From Gammaproteobacteria bacterium (GTDB lineage: Bacteria; Pseudomonadota; Gammaproteobacteria; JABABF01; JAHRAO01): a stretch of DNA of 64,000 nucleotides. Positions 20,308 through 31,373 of the stretch are shown one piece after another. The position numbers and the translations under genes were made by a program. How positions within the stretch are numbered: the first letter of the stretch is position 1; each line of letters starts with the position of its first letter. The stretch is taken from NCBI GenBank assembly GCA_020027215.1, contig JAHRAO010000003.1, positions 10,718 to 74,717 of the forward strand, given 5' to 3'. The notes beneath the pieces are model-generated. The model had not been told where the DNA came from and searched no databases. It was given only the letters and a program-made list of their open reading frames with translations.

Positions 20308-22437
20308 ATGTCTAAAAAAAAGAAAAAAGGACAGCGGGATAAATGGATACCACCTGTTCCAGTAACCAAAACCGCCGATAAGACAAGCCCGTCTGCCGCT
20401 CCCGCGAATACGGCGCCTAAGACGCTAGGGCGGACCATGCATCTTAGCATGGTGGGCAACACTCTACCCGATTGGTACATTATTCTCTTAGCATTGTTTG
20501 TCGCACTACCAGCAATTGTTGCCCCGTATGGACATAAATACGGATATTCTCCCGATTTACATATGTCGGCATATTTACAGGTCGGTGTGCCGGCGATGCT
20601 GGCAGTGCTCTTCGTCCTACAATCGTGGGGCAAAGGTATCGTTATCCCTAAGGATCGCTATTTATTTCTTTTGGCCTCGCTCATTGTATGGTCGGCAATT
20701 TCTATAAGTTGGGCGCACAATTTATACGAAGCCGTGGTCAAATTTTTAGACTGGGCAGCGGCGGTCGGCGGGTTTTTGTTGATTATGCTTGCCGTCAACA
20801 AACGCCATCACTTAAACTGGGTAGTAGAATTTATATTTTGGAGTGGGGTGGTATTAGGATCGCTCGGCATTGCACAATGGTTATTTAATGTCAACTGGGT
20901 GGATCAATACGCCGCCCCATCGGCAACTTTCAACAATAAAAATATGGCCGCCCAATACGGGCTTTTGACTTGGCCTTTGGGAGTTGCGCTTTTTTTACGT
21001 GCGCGCACGCCGATACAAGAATGGGTATACGGTTTGACCTCGGGAGCGATCCTGCTATTTATTATCTATACACGCACCCGGGCGGCGTGGCTATCCATTG
21101 CCTTAGAATTTACTTTATTACTCGCCTTCCTCATTTACAGTGCGCTGGTGCTCAAACGCAATTTCTTACGCGAAGGAATAAAGTTACCTATAGTGATTGT
21201 AGTATCTATATTGGTTCTCTTCTTTGCCCATTTAACTTCCGATGGTTTTCATTGGTTTTTTCTTCAGGTCGGTGAAATTGCCCAAACCACTGCTGGTCAA
21301 GTCAAATTTGACGGCACAGGCATCCACCGCATCTCAATATGGGCAAATACCTTAGCCATGATTTGGGAACACCCTTTTGGTGTCGGTGTCGGTAATTGGG
21401 TTGTCGAATACCCCCTCTATCATACCAAAGTATTGATAGACCATGAAATGAGCGAAGCGGTACAACATATTAATACGCATAATGATTATTTAGAAATTGG
21501 CGCCGAATTAGGTTGGATTGGTATAGTGATATTAATCGGTTTGGCGATTAGTCTTGGCAACAATACCTTGCGTTTAATCAAAAATGTGGATACCAGTAAC
21601 CGAGAAATTCTATTAGGGGTATCATTAGCAATAGTGGGCATATCATTTGATGCTATTTTTAGCTTTCCTTTCCAGCAACCCGTCCCCATTTTCTTACTCT
21701 GCGTCTATATCGGGATCATTGCGGTATTCAATGCGCGTGAACGCGATACTGCGATACTATCTTCTGTGTCGGCAGAGACATTTCGGCGGCTATTCAAATT
21801 GCCCCCTAAATCAGCAGAAGGAATGAAGCGGGCGATACTATTAACCGGCAGCGCAATATGTGCCGTTTTATCTATATGGGCGTTAACTGTACATATCCGG
21901 TGGTTTGATTCGGAAGTAGAATTTCGTAAAGCCACCATCAATTCACAAAAAAATGCGGCTTATGAAATGCTCCTCGCTGGGAAACGCTCCCACGAGCTAT
22001 CCCCGATGCGCGATCGCATGCTCAATTTTGTCGCTATGGGGCATATGCGGCGCGACGAATTGCCCGAAGCGGTGGAAGCATTTGAAGGCGTACTTAACAG
22101 CTACCCCCACCTCATCCATACCCTCAATAACACTGCTTTAGCGTATAGTTATGCCAAGCAGTATAGAAAAGCGGAGAAATTGTTGCGGAAATTAGTCAAA
22201 ATGCGCCCGCATTCGGCAAAAACAAAAGTCAATTTAGGGATTCTCCTTTATCAAGAATTACAGCAACCAGCCGAAGGGGTTGCCCTGTTCAAAGATGCAC
22301 TCGAAATGGAGCCCGGTTTACCGCAGCGCGAACAACTCGTCCTAGCCATTGAAACATACGAAAAATCCATGGAGACTGGGGTAAACCCCGCATCTGACAC
22401 GCCCACTGCAACGAGCACGCCCACTTCTCCAAATTAA
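20308..22437 (+). CDS. Wzy_C (O-antigen ligase/polymerase-like) polytopic membrane protein with a C-terminal TPR domain and a Lys-rich N-terminus
   Basis: MSKKKKKGQRDK N-terminus, more than 10 TM segments, the Wzy_C signature HNDYLEIGAELGWIGIV, and C-terminal TPR-like helices. Confidence 0.6.
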   Translation: MSKKKKKGQRDKWIPPVPVTKTADKTSPSAAPANTAPKTLGRTMHLSMVGNTLPDWYIILLALFVALPAIVAPYGHKYGYSPDLHMSAYLQVGVPAMLAVLFVLQSWGKGIVIPKDRYLFLLASLIVWSAISISWAHNLYEAVVKFLDWAAAVGGFLLIMLAVNKRHHLNWVVEFIFWSGVVLGSLGIAQWLFNVNWVDQYAAPSATFNNKNMAAQYGLLTWPLGVALFLRARTPIQEWVYGLTSGAILLFIIYTRTRAAWLSIALEFTLLLAFLIYSALVLKRNFLREGIKLPIVIVVSILVLFFAHLTSDGFHWFFLQVGEIAQTTAGQVKFDGTGIHRISIWANTLAMIWEHPFGVGVGNWVVEYPLYHTKVLIDHEMSEAVQHINTHNDYLEIGAELGWIGIVILIGLAISLGNNTLRLIKNVDTSNREILLGVSLAIVGISFDAIFSFPFQQPVPIFLLCVYIGIIAVFNARERDTAILSSVSAETFRRLFKLPPKSAEGMKRAILLTGSAICAVLSIWALTVHIRWFDSEVEFRKATINSQKNAAYEMLLAGKRSHELSPMRDRMLNFVAMGHMRRDELPEAVEAFEGVLNSYPHLIHTLNNTALAYSYAKQYRKAEKLLRKLVKMRPHSAKTKVNLGILLYQELQQPAEGVALFKDALEMEPGLPQREQLVLAIETYEKSMETGVNPASDTPTATSTPTSPN

Positions 22438-23216
22438 ACCTCATTATTTGCACTATTGTGCACAGTACATTTATGTCCGGTACAGTGGCGGCTATCAGCA
22501 CTCATTAAGTAAAGATACGCATTCACCACTCTAGCGGGTGGCGGAGTTTGATCGGGCGCTTCGCCCGGGTAAGCTTTGCGGCGCATATCGGTCTGCACCG
22601 CACCCGGATCAATACTATTGACCCGAATACTCATGCACTCCAATTCATCAGCTAACACCGCCATGAGCCCTTCAAGGGCACATTTTGAAACAGCATAACC
22701 GCCCCAATACGCCTGTGGATGTCGCCCAACACAATCCGCAGACAATATCATGGACCCGTATTCCGCCGCTTGCATAAGGGGTAATAGCGATCGAGTGAGC
22801 AAAAAGACTGCACTGACATTCACTTGTAATGCGGTACGCCAATCGCTTAATGTTACATCGGCAATTGGAGATAAATCGCCCAAAAAAGCAGCATTATGTA
22901 ATACACCGTTTAATTGAGGGTAGTGCTCAGATAGAAGTTGAGCAAAACGAGCGTAATCGTTTTCATTTTCACTCTGCAGATCAAAAGGGGCAATCATAGG
23001 GGTGGGGCCACCAGCGGCGACAATGGTATCATACGTTTTCTCTAACTCCGATACATCGCGCCCGCTAATGATCGTGTGGGCACCATATTCGGCAAAGTGA
23101 ATTGCTACAGCGCGCCCAATACCGCGACTCGCCCACGTAATTAAAATATTGTGTGCGGCAAGGAGTTTAGGGTGAGGAATGTAATGGTCAGGTGGGATTT
23201 TCAATGCCGAGATCAA
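22434..23216 (-). CDS. yciK: YciK-like SDR oxidoreductase
   Basis: LITWASRGIGRAVA Rossmann motif. Sits in the conserved neighbourhood next to a HAD phosphatase. Confidence 0.65.
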   Translation of the reverse strand: MISALKIPPDHYIPHPKLLAAHNILITWASRGIGRAVAIHFAEYGAHTIISGRDVSELEKTYDTIVAAGGPTPMIAPFDLQSENENDYARFAQLLSEHYPQLNGVLHNAAFLGDLSPIADVTLSDWRTALQVNVSAVFLLTRSLLPLMQAAEYGSMILSADCVGRHPQAYWGGYAVSKCALEGLMAVLADELECMSIRVNSIDPGAVQTDMRRKAYPGEAPDQTPPPARVVNAYLYLMSADSRHCTGHKCTVHNSANNEV

Positions 23217-23886
23217 TATCTAAACAAGTTTCCCATATTTCATCCACCTGATGGATGATACGGTCAGCAGACCAATGCTGTGGAGCACTATCGTCACCAT
23301 ATCCGTAAGTAACAGCAACCGTATGACTTCCCGCACTGTTGCCCGCCGAGATATCTCGCGAATGATCACCGATAACAATGGCTTCGGTAGGCGTGCACCC
23401 TATTTTCTCACATGCCCAATAAACACCTTCGGGGTGGGGTTTAGTGTGCTGCACATGTTCAGGGCAAACGAGAATGTCCGGCGACCACGATAAAGCATTG
23501 AGGAGGGGGTCGGCATAAATCAATGGTTTATTCGTAATAATTCCCCAATGCAATGCGTGTCCATCCAAGTTTTGTAATAATTGAGTGATACCATTAAACG
23601 GACGGCTATTGATATAGTGCTGGTTATAGCACGCAAGTAATTGTTGGCGTTTACGCTCTAACTCTGCTAAAGGGATAAAATCTCCACAGATCATTTTAAC
23701 TAATGCGCGCGCACCTTGGGATACATTTTTACGAATGATCGTAGCATCGGGGATGGTATACCCATTTGCCGTACAAAAGTCACGCACTGCGCTCTGAAAT
23801 TCTGGTGCAGTATCCACTAAAGTACCGTCTAAATCAAATAAGAGTGCGCGGATGATTTTCATATGACCGCAATGACACCTATTCAA
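23188..23886 (-). CDS. HAD-superfamily phosphatase (phosphoglycolate phosphatase / MupP-like)
   Basis: LLFDLDGTLVDT motif I and a later GD.SRDI motif. About 230 aa. Confidence 0.7.
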   Translation of the reverse strand: MNRCHCGHMKIIRALLFDLDGTLVDTAPEFQSAVRDFCTANGYTIPDATIIRKNVSQGARALVKMICGDFIPLAELERKRQQLLACYNQHYINSRPFNGITQLLQNLDGHALHWGIITNKPLIYADPLLNALSWSPDILVCPEHVQHTKPHPEGVYWACEKIGCTPTEAIVIGDHSRDISAGNSAGSHTVAVTYGYGDDSAPQHWSADRIIHQVDEIWETCLDIDLGIENPT

Positions 23887-23929
23887 TGGGTGTCCGCCAT
23901 TGTTATCGTGGATGGGCTAAAGACAAAAT

Positions 23930-24535
23930 CTAATTGGGTGGCACTTGTTTATCTACTTGCTCCTGCAATTCTTCAAATGCTTTATCCCCGCGAAAGCGTT
24001 GCCATAACGCACGCTCATTGTCGTAGCTGCTTTTCACTGAATTTTGTAACGCCTGTTTCCTCGCCTCAGGGTTCATACCGATTAATACATATATTCTCCC
24101 ATGTGGACCAACAAGGCTTTTGATAATGTGCGAACCGATCAGGTTTTCCTTCGCAATAGTGCGCGTGATCGATTCCGATAAACGATCAACTGTTTCTGTA
24201 TTGCCCACACCAGTGGTGCCGACATAATTTTTGATCATTTGCTCGACTTCTGTTTTCAAGCGCGTGGCTAACTTACCGCGTGCATCGGCGGCAGCAATGT
24301 CTTTCATAAAACTTAAACCTGCGGCAGATTTCTCAGCAACTCCTACCGCAGAAATTCCCACTCCAGAGATTTTTTCATCACAAATCCATGCGGGGGCGGG
24401 AGTGTTGGTGCCCGGAAAAGCACAATCTATTGGGGCAACGGATGGGGATGGGGATGGCGGAGATGCACAGTTTGCTAATATCATTGCGCCTACACTCAAA
24501 AAAAAGCCACTCAATGGACGATTATTCATACTCAT
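23930..24535 (-). CDS. LPP20-like lipoprotein
   Basis: Signal peptide plus ...ILANC lipobox-like, a Pro/Ser linker, and a GISAVGVAEKS...ARGKLA LPP20-type domain. The start was chosen at the internal Met MSMNN. Confidence 0.4.
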   Translation of the reverse strand: MSMNNRPLSGFFLSVGAMILANCASPPSPSPSVAPIDCAFPGTNTPAPAWICDEKISGVGISAVGVAEKSAAGLSFMKDIAAADARGKLATRLKTEVEQMIKNYVGTTGVGNTETVDRLSESITRTIAKENLIGSHIIKSLVGPHGRIYVLIGMNPEARKQALQNSVKSSYDNERALWQRFRGDKAFEELQEQVDKQVPPN

Positions 24536-24624
24536 TGTATTCTCCTCGGTTGCCAATTATGCAATGGTTATATTATACTATCTCGTATTGCGTAAAAGTA
24601 TAATTGCTATAGCAATACCCACCT

Positions 24625-25266
24625 ATGAATGAACGATCGCTTTCGACATTAGACCGTGTGCTCATGCATGCGGGGCGTATGTTAAATACTTTAGCACATG
24701 GAGCACAAGCCGAACGTCCATCACCTGCTGAAAATGCTCCAGCTGATGATTTACTGCCGCATGAAAAACGCCACGCGGGTGCTTTGATGCGCATCAATCA
24801 TGCGGGCGAAATATGTGCACAAGCCCTCTACGAAGGGCAAGCCCTTGCGGCAAAAGATCCCGCTATTCGGCGGTTTATGGTATGCGCCGCACGGGAAGAA
24901 AACGATCACCTCGCGTGGTGTGAGCAACGGATCACTCAGCTCGGCACGACATCTAGCCTGCTCAACCCGCTATGGTATTCACTATCATTTGGCATCGGGT
25001 GGGGAATGGGACGTGCCGGCGATAAAATTAATCTCGGCTTCCTCGCCGCAACTGAAGAAAATGTATGCACGCATTTGCAAAAACACGACGCACTGCTTCC
25101 CGCCAATGACCAAAAAAGCCGTGCCATTGTGCAGCAAATGATTGAGGATGAACGCGCACATGGAACGGAAGCGTTGAACATTGGCGGAATGCCATTCCCC
25201 GCCCCTGTCAAACATGCGATGATGGTTTCTTCCCGAGTCATGACCGGGTTGAGTTATTACATCTAA
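24625..25266 (+). CDS. coq7: demethoxyubiquinone hydroxylase Coq7 (di-iron carboxylate)
   Basis: INHAGEICAQALYEGQ, EE..HL.W, and IEDE..H di-iron motifs. About 210 aa. Confidence 0.85.
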   Translation: MNERSLSTLDRVLMHAGRMLNTLAHGAQAERPSPAENAPADDLLPHEKRHAGALMRINHAGEICAQALYEGQALAAKDPAIRRFMVCAAREENDHLAWCEQRITQLGTTSSLLNPLWYSLSFGIGWGMGRAGDKINLGFLAATEENVCTHLQKHDALLPANDQKSRAIVQQMIEDERAHGTEALNIGGMPFPAPVKHAMMVSSRVMTGLSYYI

Positions 25267-25667
25267 TTCGGTTGTGTTGGCGCTGACGGAAGGCACATAA
25301 ACTGCACTAAAATTGCTGCTGGATCGCGGCAATAGAAACTGCGGGAGCGATCGCGGTGGGTGCATGGCGGATGGACAATAGGCACTCCTTGAGCAGACAA
25401 AAAATCATGCCAGCGATCAACGGCGTGCATGCTGTCAAGGATAAAGCCAATATGATCTAAACGAGCATTAGATTCTTGACCCATCATATGACGATGTAAA
25501 GCTAAGTTATCCGTTCCGTTGGTCAAATAAACATTATCTTCATCGGGAGACCAATCCACAGTCATACCCACTAAATGGGTATAAAATTCTACAGTTTGAG
25601 AAAAGCAATGGTCGGGAATACGCAATGCGACGTGTGCTAAGCCAATCAAATGCGCTGGTCGTGTCAT
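25263..25667 (-). CDS. VOC (glyoxalase/bleomycin-resistance) family protein
   Basis: VOC-like beta-alpha-beta(3) sequence pattern. The start was placed at the internal Met (ATGA overlap with the osmC stop) rather than the over-extended track ORF. Confidence 0.5.
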   Translation of the reverse strand: MTRPAHLIGLAHVALRIPDHCFSQTVEFYTHLVGMTVDWSPDEDNVYLTNGTDNLALHRHMMGQESNARLDHIGFILDSMHAVDRWHDFLSAQGVPIVHPPCTHRDRSRSFYCRDPAAILVQFMCLPSAPTQPN

Positions 25668-26110
25668 TCTGCGACCATTTCGTATGAATGTGCAATTTGA
25701 ACACCCCCACGGCGCAACATCGCCGCTGCCGAACAATATTTTTCTGCCGATAGGCGAACTGCTCGGGCGACGTGGGTTTCAGATAAGTCATCTCCCCGCA
25801 CTTGAAAATGCAAATGAATATTTTCAAATACTGACGGAACAGTATCAGTGCGTGTCGCTTTAATCTGCATCCGGCAGAGAACCATTTTTTGCCGTGCCTT
25901 GCTCAAGATAGTCACCACATCATACGCCGCACATCCGCCCATGCCCATTAAAAGCACCTCCATCGGGCGCGCACCGCGATCGCGCCCGCCATGATCTATT
26001 GGACCATCCATCCGTACGCTATGGCCCTTGTCGGTTTCTCCACAAAAAGTGACTTCTTGCTCCCAATTAATATTCACCTGCATTGTCTCACCCATACTCT
26101 CCTCCTTCAC
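25664..26110 (-). CDS. osmC: OsmC/Ohr family peroxiredoxin
   Basis: GGCAAYDV....L two-Cys OsmC signature. About 140 aa. Confidence 0.75.
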   Translation of the reverse strand: MKEESMGETMQVNINWEQEVTFCGETDKGHSVRMDGPIDHGGRDRGARPMEVLLMGMGGCAAYDVVTILSKARQKMVLCRMQIKATRTDTVPSVFENIHLHFQVRGDDLSETHVARAVRLSAEKYCSAAAMLRRGGVQIAHSYEMVAE

Positions 26111-26900
26111 TATGATTAGATTGTGTAAAAAACAATTCTTGTAATCGTTTGTCGGGGCGTTCGGTGCGCATTAATGCTTCCCCAACTAGAAATGCGCGCA
26201 CATTATGGGCATACATTTGTTGCACAATCTGCGCACTATTCACTCCACTTTCACAGATAGCAACCCTATCGGCAGGAATGCTTTTAGATAAGGACAGCGT
26301 AGTCGCAATATCGGTCTTAAAAGTATGCAAATTGCGATTATTGATGCCGATTAAGAGTGTTTCGGTTTCCAATGCCGCCGCTAACTCATCTGCACAATGC
26401 ACTTCAATGATAATATCCAAATCAATTTCACGCGCTATCGCCACCATAGCCGGCAATAAATCTCCCGGTAATATCGCCGCAATTAACAGAGCACAATCGG
26501 CACCCATTGCACGCGTTTCATATAGCTGATAAGGGTCAATGATAAAATCTTTGCGCAAAATTGGTAAATGACAGGTTGAATGCACTTCCCGCAGGTGTGC
26601 TTCATCGCCGTAAAAAAATTGTTTATCGGTGAGCACCGACAAACAAGTCGCACCGCCTTGCGCATAATAAGAGGCAATAGCCTGCGGATGATAATCGGCG
26701 CATATGATGCCGCAGCTCGGAGAACCTTTTTTCAGCTCAGCAATGACCGCCACATTTTGTTTGCTCTCCCGACAAACGGCAGCAACAAAACCGCGACATG
26801 GCGGTAAATCTATGCATTGCGCTTTGAGGGTGAGGAGGGGCTTTTGATTTTTAAGCTGTTCTATTTCACTCCGCTTATGGGCAATGATCTGTTCAAGCAT
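26088..26900 (-). CDS. trpC: indole-3-glycerol phosphate synthase
   Basis: MLEQIIAHKRSEI N-terminus, IAE.K..SPS.G, and a TIM-barrel TrpC pattern. The track ORF is extended at its 5' end. Confidence 0.85.
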   Translation of the reverse strand: MLEQIIAHKRSEIEQLKNQKPLLTLKAQCIDLPPCRGFVAAVCRESKQNVAVIAELKKGSPSCGIICADYHPQAIASYYAQGGATCLSVLTDKQFFYGDEAHLREVHSTCHLPILRKDFIIDPYQLYETRAMGADCALLIAAILPGDLLPAMVAIAREIDLDIIIEVHCADELAAALETETLLIGINNRNLHTFKTDIATTLSLSKSIPADRVAICESGVNSAQIVQQMYAHNVRAFLVGEALMRTERPDKRLQELFFTQSNHSEGGEYG

Positions 26901-27924
26901 CTGCGGACAATAAGGCACTAAAATTAATCCATTCTTTGAGTTTTTCCCGCGCTTGGCCTGAAGCAATGAGGTCATGGCTCATCGCCACACCCTGTTGTAG
27001 AGTGTTGGTGATACCACTTACATATAAAACTGCTCCAGCATTGAGTGATACCATGCGCCCAGGGGCAGAATCTTCTTCGCGTAAAGCGCGGTGGAACATT
27101 GCCACACTCTCATCAAGATTGTGCACTGTTAATTCATCTCTATCGTGAGTACTCAATGCAAAATCATTCGGGTGAATGACATATTCTGTAATAACGCCAT
27201 CCTTTAATTCCACCACAAATGTCTGTGCACTCAGGCTAATTTCATCCAATCCATCGGCAGAATGGACGACCATTACTTTTTTGCTCTGCACGCGCTGCAA
27301 AATTTCAGCTAACGGGCGACACCACCGGCGATCATAGACGCCTAACAATTGACATGGCACTGCTGCCGGATTGAGTAAAGGGCCGAGAAGGTTAAATAGA
27401 GTACGCACTCCGATTTCGCGGCGCACAGGAGCAACGTGTTTCATAGCTGGGTGGTAAATTGGCGCAAACATAAAACCTATACCAATCTCTTGCACCGAGC
27501 GCACCACCACATCGGGATGACAATCAATGGCAATTTTGAGTGCCCTCAGCACATCAGCACTGCCGGTCACGCTGCTCACCGCACGGTTGCCGTGTTTGGC
27601 GACATGCGCTCCACCTGCGGCGGAGACTATTGCCGCCGCAGTGGACACATTGAAAAGACCGCCATCATCGCCCCCAGTCCCACAATTATCGACTAAATGC
27701 GGCACATTAAGAGGTACCGATCGAGCGAGACTCCGTAATACCTGCACCGCACTCACCAATTCATCCACTGTTTCCCCTTTCATACGCCATGCAATCAGTA
27801 GAGCCGCTAACTGACTCGGCATAATCTGCCCTTCTTCCATAACTTGATGAAAAACAGTCGCAACTTCTTCCGCTGTTAAATCATGTCCAGTAACAAAATG
27901 CTGAATAGACTGTTGTATATTCAT
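26893..27924 (-). CDS. trpD: anthranilate phosphoribosyltransferase
   Basis: CGTGGDD, FNVSTAAAIV, and HGNRAVSS motifs. Confidence 0.9.
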   Translation of the reverse strand: MNIQQSIQHFVTGHDLTAEEVATVFHQVMEEGQIMPSQLAALLIAWRMKGETVDELVSAVQVLRSLARSVPLNVPHLVDNCGTGGDDGGLFNVSTAAAIVSAAGGAHVAKHGNRAVSSVTGSADVLRALKIAIDCHPDVVVRSVQEIGIGFMFAPIYHPAMKHVAPVRREIGVRTLFNLLGPLLNPAAVPCQLLGVYDRRWCRPLAEILQRVQSKKVMVVHSADGLDEISLSAQTFVVELKDGVITEYVIHPNDFALSTHDRDELTVHNLDESVAMFHRALREEDSAPGRMVSLNAGAVLYVSGITNTLQQGVAMSHDLIASGQAREKLKEWINFSALLSADA

Positions 27925-28520
27925 TGAATTGATAAGCGATCTGGGGCAATAAAATTCTGCAACAAAGCATGCCCGTGTTCGCTCATGACCGCTTCAGGAT
28001 GAAATTGCATTCCTTCCACATTGTATTGATTGTGACGAATGCCCATAATCTCATCCCGTTCTCCCTGTTCGTTTAAGCTCCATGCCGTCGTTTGTAAACA
28101 ATCTGGCAATGTTTCCTTTTGAACAATGAGGGAATGGTAGCGGGTAGCTGTAAAAGGGCACGCAATATTGCGATAGATTTTTTTTCCATCATGCGTGATG
28201 CGAGAAACTTTACCATGCATAATTCGGCGGGCGCGCACAACTTCACCACCAAAAACGCGAGCAATACATTGATGCCCCAAACATACCCCTAATATCGGTA
28301 TGGTGGGAGCAAAATGGCGCACCAAGTCCATTGCGATTCCTGAATTTTCTGGGATACCTGGACCGGGGGAGATGACAATGCGTTCCGGGTTGAGTGTGAC
28401 AATTTGCTCAATACTGATTTCGTCATTGCGATGCACTTCTACTTGCGCATTTAATTGCTGTAAATAATGCACCAAATTATAGGTAAAAGAATCGTAATTG
28501 TCTAGCATAAATACTTTCAT
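27921..28520 (-). CDS. trpG: anthranilate synthase component II / glutamine amidotransferase (TrpG/PabA)
   Basis: Class-I GATase with GVCLGHQ and the catalytic H..E. ATGA overlap with trpD. Confidence 0.85.
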   Translation of the reverse strand: MKVFMLDNYDSFTYNLVHYLQQLNAQVEVHRNDEISIEQIVTLNPERIVISPGPGIPENSGIAMDLVRHFAPTIPILGVCLGHQCIARVFGGEVVRARRIMHGKVSRITHDGKKIYRNIACPFTATRYHSLIVQKETLPDCLQTTAWSLNEQGERDEIMGIRHNQYNVEGMQFHPEAVMSEHGHALLQNFIAPDRLSIQ

Positions 28521-28663
28521 TGCCCAAATCCCATGTGTGTGCCTTATTGTAATCCATTCATACGAGAGTAAATTATCTGTCGTGTATTTTCCTCCTAGAA
28601 TGTTTGTAACTGATGGTCGGCAATGTATACATCATCATGACTCCCTTAAGGTAAAATACCACT

Positions 28664-30598
28664 ATGGCAACACTCCGCAACGCACGAGGCACATATTTGA
28701 TTGACCGCAAACAATATGCCGATCTCTATCACCAATCCATTACGCACAATGAAGAATTTTGGGCACAACAAGGACGCCGCATTGATTGGATAAAACCTTA
28801 CACAGCAGAGCAGGTTAAACGAGTCAGTTACGCACGCGATGATTTGCATATTCGCTGGTATGCAGATGGCACACTCAATGTCTGCGCAAATTGCATTGAC
28901 CGTCATTTAGCGACGAAAAGCGAACACACCGCTATCATCTGGGAGGGCGATGAACCCGGTCAACACATACATATTTCTTACCGCCAGCTTCATCGTGAAG
29001 TGTGCCAATTTGCCAATGCCCTGCAATCACTCGGCGTACAAAAAGGCGATTGTGTCACCATCTATATGCCTATGATTCCCGAGGCTGCTTACGCTATGCT
29101 CGCTTGTGCGCGTATCGGTGCGATCCATTCAGTCGTATTTGGTGGATTCTCACCCACCGCATTATCCGAGCGCATTAGTGACTGTCAATCACGCTGGCTG
29201 GTCACCGCCGATGAAGGCGTGCGCGGCGGCAAAACTATTCCCCTCAAAGAGAATGTAGACCATGCACTCTCTTCGTTACCTCTTGTGGAAAAAGTATTGG
29301 TTGTCCCCCATAACGATGCACAGATCAATTGGGTAGAGGGAAGGGATATCAACTATAGCACATTAAAACCCTCTTTGGCGACCGATTGCCCTGCAGTAGA
29401 GATGAACGCCGAAGATCCGCTCTTTATTCTCTACACTTCTGGCTCGACAGGCAAACCGAAAGGTGTTTTACATACCTGTGGTGGCTATTTAGTTTACGCC
29501 GCACTCACCCACCAATACGTATTTGATTATCAAGAAGGCGACATTTATTGGTGCACAGCAGATGTCGGCTGGATTACTGGACATAGTTACCTTATTTATG
29601 GTCCCTTAGCCAATGGGGCGACCACGCTTATGTTTGCTAGTGTGCCCACTTATCCCGATGCACGCCGTATATGGCAAGTATGCGATACACATCAAGTCAC
29701 CATATGCTATACCGCCCCTACTCTTATTCGCACTTTGATGCGCGAAGGCGACGCCCCCGTGCAAGCGACTTCAAGGAGCAGTTTGCGTTTGTTAGGAACG
29801 GTGGGAGAACCCATTAATCCACAAGCGTGGGAATGGTATTATCAAGTGGTCGGCAATGCGACATGTCCAATCGTGGATACATGGTGGCAAACTGAAACCG
29901 GCGGTATTTTAATCACGCCTTTGCCCGGGGCAACCGATCTGAAACCGGGATCAGCCACTCGTCCATTTTTTGGCATCCAGCCAGCCATTGTTAATGATCG
30001 CGGTGCCGTTTTAAGCGGCACCGCAAGTGGCAATTTAGTCATCACCGATAGTTGGCCCGGTCAAATGCGCACTATCTACGGTAATCACCAGCGTTTTATT
30101 GACACTTATTTTTCTACTTTTGACGGAATGTACTTTACCGGTGATGGAGCGCGTCGAGATGAAGATGGTTACTATTGGCTCACTGGACGTATAGACGATG
30201 TGATCAATGTGGCGGGACATCGTATCGGCACTGCAGAAATTGAGAGCGCACTCGTCGCCCACCCATCGGTTGCTGAATCTGCGGTAGTCGGTTATCCACA
30301 CCATACTAAAGGTGAAGGAATTTACTGTTACGTCACACCCGTTATTGATGTCATTCCCGATGATGATTTGCGCAGTGCATTGATTCAGCAAGTGAGAGAT
30401 ACTATTGGCGCTTTTGCGACCCCTGATTACATTCAGTGGGCGACGTCATTGCCCAAAACACGGTCGGGAAAAATTATGCGCCGCATTTTACGGCACATTG
30501 CCAGCAACAACTATACCGATTTAGGCGACACCTCTACATTAGCGAATAAAGAAAGTATAGATACCCTCATTGCCGAGCGCCTGAATAGTCATCTATAG
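28664..30598 (+). CDS. acs: acetyl-CoA synthetase
   Basis: [15 protein letters not shown]-binding motif, WWQTETGG, and a size of 644 aa. Confidence 0.9.
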   Translation: MATLRNARGTYLIDRKQYADLYHQSITHNEEFWAQQGRRIDWIKPYTAEQVKRVSYARDDLHIRWYADGTLNVCANCIDRHLATKSEHTAIIWEGDEPGQHIHISYRQLHREVCQFANALQSLGVQKGDCVTIYMPMIPEAAYAMLACARIGAIHSVVFGGFSPTALSERISDCQSRWLVTADEGVRGGKTIPLKENVDHALSSLPLVEKVLVVPHNDAQINWVEGRDINYSTLKPSLATDCPAVEMNAEDPLFILYTSGSTGKPKGVLHTCGGYLVYAALTHQYVFDYQEGDIYWCTADVGWITGHSYLIYGPLANGATTLMFASVPTYPDARRIWQVCDTHQVTICYTAPTLIRTLMREGDAPVQATSRSSLRLLGTVGEPINPQAWEWYYQVVGNATCPIVDTWWQTETGGILITPLPGATDLKPGSATRPFFGIQPAIVNDRGAVLSGTASGNLVITDSWPGQMRTIYGNHQRFIDTYFSTFDGMYFTGDGARRDEDGYYWLTGRIDDVINVAGHRIGTAEIESALVAHPSVAESAVVGYPHHTKGEGIYCYVTPVIDVIPDDDLRSALIQQVRDTIGAFATPDYIQWATSLPKTRSGKIMRRILRHIASNNYTDLGDTSTLANKESIDTLIAERLNSHL

Positions 30599-30629
30599 AA
30601 GACAGTATAACCATAACACTATAGGACCA

Positions 30630-31349
30630 ATGACGCACTCTACCTTTGCCGCTGCCGCTCTTCAATTTAACCGTTCGCTCATCGGTATTGAGCAAAAGTT
30701 AGATTTACAATTACCGCCACAGTATCGCTTAATGAACCCATTTGCCACCGGTAAAGCACTTGATCTCAGTGCTGTGTTTTACCGTCAGTTTTACTCCGAT
30801 AATAAGAAACGCCATTTAATTTTAGGCATCAATCCCGGACGTCACGGCGCGGGGGTGACGGGTATTCCTTTTACCGACACGAAAAGAATGCGCGAAATCG
30901 GTATTGATCCACAAGATATTCGCACCTATGAAGTCTCCGCAGAGTTTATGAGTCAGTTAATGCATCAATACGGTGGAACAGAAAAATTTTATGCCGATTT
31001 TTACATTAATTCGCCTTCTCCTCTCGGATTATTACAGCAGAATAGTAAGGGCAATTGGATCAATGCAAATTACTACGACCACCGGACTTTGAGCGATGCT
31101 TTGTCGCCGCTCATCGCTTATGCAATTGATTACTATTGTCAAATGCCGATACACTGTTCAACCGTCTATGTATTGGGACAGGGGCAAAACTACAAATTCC
31201 TCACCCGCTGGAATACCCAGCATCCAACTTTTGATCGGGTGATCCCTCTCCCGCACCCGCGTTACGTTATGCAATATCAACATAAAAACATTGCGACTAT
31301 TACTCGCGAGTATTTAATGCAGTTACAGCGCAACAAAACCGGCGCCTAA
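30630..31349 (+). CDS. uracil-DNA glycosylase superfamily-like protein (putative)
   Basis: LGINPGRHGAGVTGIPFTD resembles the UDG family 4/5 GxxPG...G.PF motif. The call is weak. Confidence 0.3.
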   Translation: MTHSTFAAAALQFNRSLIGIEQKLDLQLPPQYRLMNPFATGKALDLSAVFYRQFYSDNKKRHLILGINPGRHGAGVTGIPFTDTKRMREIGIDPQDIRTYEVSAEFMSQLMHQYGGTEKFYADFYINSPSPLGLLQQNSKGNWINANYYDHRTLSDALSPLIAYAIDYYCQMPIHCSTVYVLGQGQNYKFLTRWNTQHPTFDRVIPLPHPRYVMQYQHKNIATITREYLMQLQRNKTGA

Positions 31350-31373
31350 TCGTTTATAATACTCTGTGCTCCT

